Shown: positions 53,230 through 64,000 of the stretch, one piece after another | Layout of the letters: every line of letters begins with the position of its first letter | How positions within the stretch are numbered: position 1 is the first letter of the stretch | Assembly: GCF_009914755.1 (NCBI RefSeq) | Contig: NC_060926.1 | Strand: one strand, 5' to 3' | Source of the DNA: the human T2T-CHM13v2.0 reference genome, Homo sapiens | Length of the DNA stretch: 64,000 nucleotides | Notes under the pieces: model-generated | What the model saw: the letters and a program-made list of their open reading frames with translations, nothing else | What the model was told of the DNA's origin: nothing | Databases searched by the model: none | Translations under genes and position numbers: made by a program

Positions 53230-54130
53230 CTTTTTTAAATGAAATTTAAAATTGAAGTATGGGATGCATGCTGAAAAATGCACAAATCAAAAGCGTGTAG
53301 CTCAATTAAGTTATGAAAAAGTGAATGCCCTTGTAACAGCATCCCAGGAACATTTTCTATAGCTCTCCAATCACTCTCCCTCCAAATTCTTCAAAGCAAC
53401 CACCATTCCGACTTTGAAAATCATAACTTAGTTTTGCTAGTGCTCATATACCATATAAATGAAATCATATATGGCCATTGATGTGCATAAAGTATGTATA
53501 CTTTTGTGTTTAACTTCTCTGAAAGAGCTATAATCATGAGATGCATACATACTGTTATATGTAGCAGCAATACGCTAATTTTGATTGTTTTGCAGTATTC
53601 TATTATATGAATACACCAAAATTTATCCATCCTCTGTTACTGGATATTAGGGTTGTTATGAATAATGCTGCTGTGAAGATTCTCAGACATTCATTTGGGG
53701 TTGTGTGTGTCCGTGTGTTTGTGTGTGTCCATTTCTATTGGTACAGATTTAGGCATTGCATTGTTAGAAAAAAAAAGCACTAACAGTTTTCAAAGTGGTT
53801 GTACAAGTTTCTTCTTGTAACAGCAGGATATGAATGTTCCTGTTCCTCCTCATTCTCACCAATGCTTGGTATTGTTGATCTTTCTAATTTTAGTTATATT
53901 CGTGGGAATAAAGTGACATCTCATTGTATTTTTAACTTACATTTCCATAAGGAACTCATAAGGCTAGGTAACTTTTCATATGTTTATAAGCCATTTGAAT
54001 ATTCTTTTTGTTAAGTGACTGTGTAAGCTCCTTACCTATTTTTATATTGGGTTATTATTTAGCAATCCAATATAAAAATAGGCATTCCTTATTTATTTTG
54101 CATATGAGCTCTTTGTCAGGTCTATGACAC
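53230..54130 (-). mobile_element. Old L1M 3' fragment; probably resumes beyond the pseudogene (~56750-57780)
   Basis: Reverse L1M 3' motifs (gtattctattatatgaatacacc, ttatgaataatgctgctgtgaa, tcctcattctcaccaatgcttggtattg); ORF 53421..53630 resembles decayed ORF2 end (DKFWCIHIIEYC). Confidence 0.75.
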
Positions 54131-54134
54131 TATA

Positions 54135-56745
54135 TTTTTTAAAATTAACGTTTTACTAAAAATGGCAGTGAATGCTAAATGTCCAGCTTTACAATAAGTA
54201 CAGTAATAGCAACTCAAACTAAAACAAAACATACTTCTGATAGCCATTATTTTTCTGTTTAGGACAATTTTAAAATCTTGTTTGTCACAAAAACAGGAAG
54301 GTACCTATACAAAGGCTCAAAACAGGCCATCCTTTTAAACAAAAAGGCAATGATTCACAAAAGACTATGAATAGAACATGTAACTAGTTGACACAAATCT
54401 AATAGGATTTGTTAAAATCAGTCACATCTAACACATCTGAAGTGTTCTTGTATGAAGTATCACATGAAGAAAAGAAGACTTTATCAACATCTAAAAAAGT
54501 GGGTTTGCTCATGGGCAATCTGACAAGTTACCATAAAAAGTGTTTCCTGAGACATAAGGAAATGCAACATTATCTTCTTAAACCTTTTAGTTCAAGTCTT
54601 TCCACTCAATAAAATAGCAGAGGATCTGAAACTGAGAAAATATATTTGAGTACAAACAGCTTGTGAAACTTAACACTTTTTTCATCATTAGAGGGTTTTA
54701 CCAAACAACCAACTTGTCTGCTCGGTAGGCATTTCAGATGTGAGAGACACTTCTCTGTACAGGAGCCTGTACTGTCTTCAATCCTATGTGTCAAGTGTCT
54801 ACCACAGGCAAACAGTTTGCTTCCCCATTTTGTAGTAATGCAATCTTCCTATTAGCAAAAAGAGGCAACCAGCCCCTGTAGACTGAGGGGACCAGAGTCA
54901 CAGGATAAGGATTTCCTCTTAATATTTTTTATTTTGATGTTTGAACTCCTGATGCAATATTCTAGAACAGGGTGTCAGGACCTGCTATGCTCAAGGGACT
55001 GACAAAGGAAAAAGCTCTGTTTATTTTGTGTGATTTCATGCACGGATGAAAAACTCAACACACAATAACAGAAGTTGGTTGTTAATAAATCACATCCTAG
55101 TCTTTCAGCACTTCCACAAGCAGATGACATTTTCAGTTTTCTAGCTCTTGTAGTTTTAACACTGCAACATCAATGATGGATATGTCCAGAATCAGTTAAA
55201 AAGACCGTCAAATTATTTTATTCCATCTATTTGTTCACTCTCTTGGTCCCAAGTGTATTGGAATGATTACCTTTTGGCATTCTCTGCTATTGGGCGTTGG
55301 GGTGCTCTCGATTGTCTCCGTGTTTTGTGGGCTGGTTGGGAGAGGGAGCTTGGGAAGGATGTACCACTGTCGGGAGATTGTGAATCACTGGGATGCCTCC
55401 AAGGATGATCCCTTCCGTGGCTGCAGGGAGTGCTCCTGGAGCCACACCCACGATGCCTGGCAGATACCTGTATGTGGCACCACTGAGCTCGAGATGAATT
55501 GCTTGCTGGTCTATTACTGACCAAGGCGCTGATGTGACAAAGAATTCTTGTTCACACAGTTTCTTAAGCTTTCTGAATGTAACCTGTGGTGGCTCAACAG
55601 ATCTCGGTGGCAGCTGCCTCTCATCTCCAGTGACGCCTGCTCACTGTACCAGGCAGTGTGGGGAATACAGATAAAATTCCTTGCATCTTTAAACGGACCC
55701 TGAGCAAAGCCAAAGGGCTCTGATTCCTGCATGTCGAGGGCTGCGCCTCTATCCTGCTCTTCTTGAGGGCCTGTCCTAAGGCTTTCTTGTCCACCAAGCC
55801 ACCACGGGCTGCGTTCACAAGGAATTCTCCCTGCCCCATCTGCTTTACAGTAAAGTCATTGGTGAGGTTGTGGTTATGTTCCTTGAAACTGCAGTGCATG
55901 GAGAGGTGGTCACTCTGATACAGCAAATCCTGCAGGGCATAGACCCTCTGCAGGCCCAGGGACTGCTCTGTCCCACCCTGCAAGTAGGGATTATAAAGTA
56001 AGACACTGAATCCGAAGGCCTTGGCTCGAACTGCAACTGCCTGCTCCGTGCCACTGAAGCCGAAGAGGCCCAGCGTCTTCGCAGGGATGCAGGCTGCTCC
56101 GGATCCACCTCTGCTCCAGGCTCCGTACCCACGTGCCTTCCCGCAGCGCCTCATACAGCCACGGTTCCTCCGGTACAGATTGAGGATGTGGCAGATGGTG
56201 GAGTCGGCTGTTTCTTCCTCGGCTCGGAAGGGATGTTGCACACAGCAATCCCGAGCTCACAGCCAGCCTTGATGTCCATCCACATTGTCGTGGCCAGTGC
56301 CTATCTGCAACAGTCACTCTTAGGGCCTTGAACTTCTCCAGGTCCTCCCTGGAGAAGGTGATTTTGTGGTACGTCATGGCGCCCACGGCTTCATTTAAAA
56401 CATTCTGGTGGATTTCCTGCGTGGACTGTGCATCACAGAAGGCCACGGTGGTCAGGTCTTTCAGGATGGGCATATCCACGGTGCAGTTGCAGTGGTCCAG
56501 CAACGCCACAGGGGGTGGGGTGCTCGGGGCCGTTCAGGACGTGGGGGCGTATACCTTCACAGACTGTGTCCAATCGCTGCCTCTTGACCTTGTGCTTATC
56601 CACAAGGGCCATTCTTATGGAACTGTGCAAATCTCAGATCAAATGGCAAAGCAATCCTCTAAGAACTTAGGGAAACTTGCAGGAGTCTGCGTGCATGACG
56701 CCACCATGAACCCAATATAAATCTGTCCACTAACTGTATAGCCTG
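54135..56745 (-). pseudogene. CTBP2: CTBP2 processed pseudogene (C-terminal binding protein 2 retrocopy); CDS remnant 55287-56612
   Basis: Intronless consecutive blocks in shifting frames: MALVDKHKVKRQRLD; CTVDMPILKDL..VAFCDAQSTQEIH; [18 protein letters not shown]; [12 protein letters not shown]; [12 protein letters not shown]; [15 protein letters not shown]; ESLRNCVNK; ends ...HGDNREHPN..stop at 55287; 5'UTR, ~1.15 kb 3'UTR, AGTAAA signal and short A-tract at ~54135. Multiple frameshifts. Which numbered CTBP2P locus cannot be determined here. Confidence 0.97.
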
Positions 56746-57787
56746 ATGTGATTTTTTTCTCTACTTCACTTTGAATGTCCTAAAGATTTTGCTTTATATT
56801 ACTCTAGAGCTCATATATATTCACACTGTTTTATCCTCATTGAAATTTGTACCCTTTGGTATTAAAAAAATACCCCTCTCTGACTTGTTAAATACTTTTT
56901 AGCCTGAATTTAACTTTGTATAATATTCAGATGGTGATTTTCTTCTTTTTGTATGAGTTAGCCTAATATATTTTTGTCCATTCTATTATTTTCAGCTTTT
57001 CTGAGACTCTATATTCAGCACAGAATTCAATTTTATGTTGTGATATAATCTGAATATGTCTTTTTAAAGAGGTGAGTTCAACTCTTTCACATTTATTAGT
57101 ATAACAAATATAATATCCCAATCCTCTATTTCTTTATATAGTACCTATTGATTTTCTCCTACGGCCAATGGACAGAGTGAGGGCATACCTTTTCCTCTCT
57201 GTTTCCTGCTCTGCTTCCTGGTAATACAATTATATTATCTTCTTACCATTTACCTTTGTATTGTTCTATATAATTAGGTCTTGGATTTGATTTTTTAAAA
57301 GCATATCCTTTATCCTCAGCAGAATCATTGTATCTACCATGCCTCTCATTTTTTTTTCTTCCTCTGTTGATATTTGTTGGTTATAATAATTCTACATAGT
57401 CAGGGCATATCACATTTGCATTTTGTTCTGTCACTCTTCACTTGGCATTTGTTTTAAGCTTGGTAATCCATTTAAGCACAGGGGACTTTGTTTTACTTGT
57501 CTTTTTGTTATAACTTTACTAGTAATCTTTGGTTGGATAGAGTTGGGCTTCTAGTAGATTCCTGTTGCAAATAAGAGGGCTTATGCAAATAATCCAATTT
57601 GTCCATTTTATTTAAACCACATAAAAATCCTTGAATCTCATCTTCTTTTCAGAAGGTTTCAAAGGTGTTGTGCTACTCTCTTCTACCACTGAACATTGCT
57701 ATGAACATTTTCCCTCTTGACTTTGTGACTCTATTTTGTTGTTGTTGTTGTTGTTGAGACTAGATGGTAGCCTAACTAGAAGTGGTG

Positions 57788-59334
<1,547 letters not shown>

Positions 59335-60577
59335 AGTGCTGTGTTTTATGATTGGTTTGAGGAGTGTATTTGGCTTTCTCAGGCTGTTCCTAATTGGAAG
59401 CGGGTGGGAAGGGTTGCAGGGGTGGATGAGAACATGGAATTAAGCTGATAGTTCTTGACCAAGTCCTAGCTGTTTTGGGCCAGTTGCTACAGGGGTTGTT
59501 ATTTGGTTTTCTGGTCACTGCAGAGTGTAGGTCATAGTTGTGTTTGTATATATGGTCTTGATATTGTCCATTTGTATAGTTCAGTCTCTCAATTTTGCTT
59601 TTTTTTTTTTTTTTTTGGACATTCTGATTATTTTTATTCTGGCTAACTTTAACTGTCTTCCATATCAATTACCTTCTCTGAAGTTTCTTAAACTTTATTT
59701 CCACTTAATTTTTTTCTTTCCTTCATGTCTCTTTATGTCTCATACTGTGTTAACTGGTGGTTGTTTTCCATTTTGCTCCTTCTAATTTTGCTTTTATTTC
59801 TGTGAGGGCCCTATTTTTTTCTTTTCTGAATGCTTCCAGCCCATATTTAGCTCTTCTGGTTTTGCTCTTTCTTCCTTGAGTTTTCGCATATGAGCTTTGT
59901 GTGCATGTCTAACAGAGGACATTGTTTTTTAGTTCTTTTAAATTTCTATTGCAGTTTTCCTTTTCTCCATGGCACTGTTCTGTATTCTTCTTCGCCTTTC
60001 TTTAGAAAGCATTTGCTTTTCTTTATTCTTTTCTTTTTTCCATCTTATCTTTGTATGAATTCTACGCTTTTTAAAAAAATGACTCAACTTTAAAAGAGGC
60101 AAACATTTCTTGACCCACTAAACTGTAAGGGAGGAGAAAGGCTATTCAGATTAGTATTTTTTTCTATGATCCAGAGTTTTGTGTGTAATTTCATTTAGTC
60201 TTCACTCAACAAAGATAGTCAGCTCTACTGCTTTTAATTTACTATTATTTTAAATACGTTTCTCTATTCTCTTCTGACGCCATAGACACAGATTGAAAAC
60301 ACATGTTTCTTCATTTATCCCAGCTTTCCCTGTTTCTTGGATCTCACAGATACACCCTCAGTTTGCATATCCCCGTCTTTCTATTACAAACTAAAATTGG
60401 CATCACAGTGTGTGCCCCTCACTTTCAAGGAGTAAATGTTGTCTCACGCTTTTTGGAAGCCGCAGTTTAGTCTTTCTCTCTAGAATCTGTTTTCTGGCTC
60501 CTTCCTGCATGGCCCCTTCTAAATTACAATTGTTGTTTGCAGCTCTTGAATTTTTGTAGGCAGAGTTGGTGTGTGCA

Positions 60578-63091
60578 TGGGTGTCTGTCTGTGCTGCTAT
60601 CACAGAATACCTGAGACTGGGTAACTTATATATAACGGAAATTTGTATCTCATAGTCTGGAGTCTGGGAAGTCTAAGATCAAGGCACTGGCAGATTCAGT
60701 GTCTGGTGAAAGCTTGGTCTTTCTGGTCTCTGCTTCCATGATAGCTCCTTGTTGCTATGCCCTCTGGAGGGGACTAATGCTGTGTCCTCACATAGCCAAA
60801 GAAACAAAAGGGCAAAAAGGGTCAAACACTGTATAAAGCCCCTTTAAAGGCCTTAATTTCATTCACAAAAGAGGAGCCCTCATGACCTAATCACCTCCTA
60901 AAGCCTTTACCACTTAATACTGCTGCATTGGAGATTAAGTTTGAACGTGATATTTGGAGGCAGGCAAACATTCAAACCATAGCATTTCACCCCCGGCCCC
61001 CCAAAGTTCAAGTCTTTCACATATACAAAATACATTCTTTCTATCTCAATAGCACCTAAAGTCTTAACTCAATGCTGATTGAATTCAAAAGTCTGAAGTT
61101 CAGAGTTTTATCTAAATATCATCTAAATCAGATATCACTGAGACACAAGGTATGATTCATTCTGAGGCAAATTCCCCTCCAGCTGTGAGCCTATGAAATC
61201 AAACGAGCTATATGCTTCCAAGATACAATGGTGGAACAGGCATAGGATAGACATTCTCATTCTAACGAGGAGAAATAGGAAGGACAAAAGGGGTAACAAG
61301 TCCCACGTAAGTCTAAAACCTAACAAGGCAAACAGCATTAAATCTTGGGGCTTGAGAATAATCTCTGACTCCATGTCTTACTTTTTAGTCACTTGGTTGG
61401 GGTTTGGTTCCCAAGGCTTCAGGGGACTCTGCTCCATGGCATTGCTGGGTACAGCCCATGCTACAGCTCTCATGGGTTGAGGCCTAGAGCCTGTAGCTCT
61501 CCTGGGCTAGACTTGGACATTGGTGGATCTACAGTTGTTCAGTCTTGGGGTAAGCCACACCACTAAGGCTTCATAGCGCATCCTCTTAGTGGAGGCTGTC
61601 TGCAGTGGCCCTGACCCCATAGCTGTAATGGGCATTGCCTTAATGGGGATGCTCTGTGGTGGCCCATCTCTGTGGAAGTTCTCTGCCTGGGCCCCAGGTC
61701 TCTCCAAGGTGCTGTTTGGAATCTAGGTGGCGGTAGCCATGCCTCCTCAGCTTGTGCACCCTGCACCTGCAGAATCAGTACCATATGGACACCACCAAGG
61801 CTTATAGCTTGTGCCCTCTGGAATGGCAGCCCAAGCCACACCAGGGTGGCTAAGGATTGCTGCATTAGCATGTGTGGAGCAGAAGCTTGAGGTGGCCCTG
61901 GGCAGCAAGGCCCAAGTCCCATGCTACCCTGGGCTCGCCCCTGGAAACCATTCTGCTTTCAAAGCCTTGGTACTCTGACCTATGGTGAGAGTGGTAGCCT
62001 CAAAGTTCTCCAAAATACCTTTCAGGTCATTCTTCCATCATCTTGATCAAGGCACCCAACTTTCTTCTATTTATACTAATCTCTCCATCAAAATGTTTGC
62101 TTAGCTACATCCTTGGTGTTCTCTCCAGAATGTGTTTTCTCATTTTTACAGGCTGAGAATTTTCCAATTAAGTTCTGCATCCCTTTTAGTTAAAAATTGT
62201 GCCTTTAGTTTATCTCTTTCTGCATTTTACTATAAGCAGTGAAGTAATTGCCATGCAGCCCGTTCAATACTTTGTTTAGAGATTTCTTCTGCCGAGGATC
62301 CTAGTTCTTCACTCTTAAGTTTCAACTTCCACAAAACACTAGGACAAGGACACAATTCAGTCAAGGACACAATTTGGCCTTTGCCACTTTATAACAAGGA
62401 TGGCCTTTCCTCCAGTTTCCAATATCATATATTGATACCTATTTCCATTTAAGACCTCATTAGAATGGTCTTTAGTGTCTTTATTTCTACCAACATTCTG
62501 TTCACAACCACTTAGATAATCTGAGAGAAATGAGGCTCTTTCTACAACTCTTCTCTTCTGAGCCCTCACCAGGATCTCCCTGAGTGCTCCGTTCACAGCA
62601 ATTCAGGCTTTTTCTTGCCTGTTCCTCCAAACTCTTTCAGCCTCCACCCATTATGTGGTGCCAAAGCCACATCCACAATTTTAATTATTTATTATAACAA
62701 CATCCTACACTCAGTATCAATTTTTGTCTTAGTCTGTTGTGTTACTATAACAAAATGCCTGAGACCTAGTAATTTATAAATAATAGAAATTTATTTCTCA
62801 CAGTGTCGAGGCTGGGAAGTCTAAGATTAAGGCACAAGTAGGTCTGATGTTTGGTGAAGGCCCAGTCTTTGCTTCTAAGATGATGCTTTGTTGCTGTGTT
62901 CTCACATGGCAGAAGCTGGAAGGGCAAACTAGACCAAGCTAGTTTCCTCCATCGAAAAACTTTCCTAATCCTATTCACAAGGGAGGAGCCCTCATGACCT
63001 AATCAACTCCTAAAGACCCCACCACTTAATACTGTTGCATTGGAGATTAAGTTTCAACGTGAATTTTGGAGGGATACGAACATTCAAGGCA
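60578..63091 (-). mobile_element. Two-LTR MaLR provirus (MSTC/MSTD or MLT1A-like): LTR ~60578-60984, internal 60985-62724, LTR 62725-~63091
   Basis: Two homologous LTRs (ctgggaagtctaagat, ggagccctcatgacctaatca, ccacttaatactg.tgcattggagattaagttt); reverse polypurine tract tttcacccccggccccc next to the left LTR; MaLR internal motifs (ttccaagatacaatggtggaacaggcatagg). Confidence 0.88.
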
Positions 63092-63446
63092 GGGATCTGA
63101 GGTTTTAACTATCTTCCAGTTTTGCTGAAAGTGGACTTTCTTTTTGTTTCTTTTTGTTCTTGCCACTTTTGCATGATTTTTATCTTTTTTTTGCAAGATG
63201 ATAAGTAGGAAATGTTGCAACCTCCTCTGAGATCAAGATAGGACCACTACACTCCAGCCACTCTTTGCCATCATGTGCAAATGATCATTTCAAAGTTCCC
63301 GTAGGAGGACCAGGGAATGATGGCATCTGGCAGTGGCTAGGAATGTCCCTCAGCATGGCTCACTCAAAAGAAGAAATTCCACCACTCCTGTGACTAGATC
63401 AATTTATTTCTCTCTCTGTGTTTTCTCCACTTCAGGTGGCATTTAA

Positions 63447-64000
<554 letters not shown>

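Noticed and set aside
54120-56765. TSD for the CTBP2 retrocopy and assignment to a numbered CTBP2P locus or host gene
   Set aside because: Flanks (actatattttt vs atgtgattttt) are too degenerate to call, and no host exons were recognised; needs a BLAT search

Overview
Primate (human-like) non-coding genomic DNA: CpG-depleted and dominated by interspersed repeats (at least 8 Alu-family SINEs, five primate L1PA-type insertions, an old L1M, L2/MIR relics, solo MaLR/ERVL LTRs, one two-LTR MaLR provirus, hAT-type MER elements, microsatellites). The only gene-derived sequence I recognise is an intronless, frameshifted CTBP2 processed pseudogene (~54135-56745, minus strand) with 5'UTR, full-length CDS remnant and ~1.15 kb 3'UTR, sitting in an old L1. 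I found no intact protein-coding exon, RNA gene or CRISPR array; almost all ORFs in the track are chance ORFs or repeat-derived. I cannot support a wholly new biological system. The best leads are: a 95-bp unique-looking duplication 1.38 kb apart; locally templated insertions and short perfect inverted repeats suggesting template-switch repair; a twin-primed inverted L1; a possible MaLR-LTR-driven CTBP2 retrocopy with an intact 59-aa N-terminal ORF; a (CG)8(TG)7 Z-DNA tract; and motif-dense enhancer candidates. Repeat subfamily names come from my recall of consensus sequences, and boundaries of old elements are approximate.
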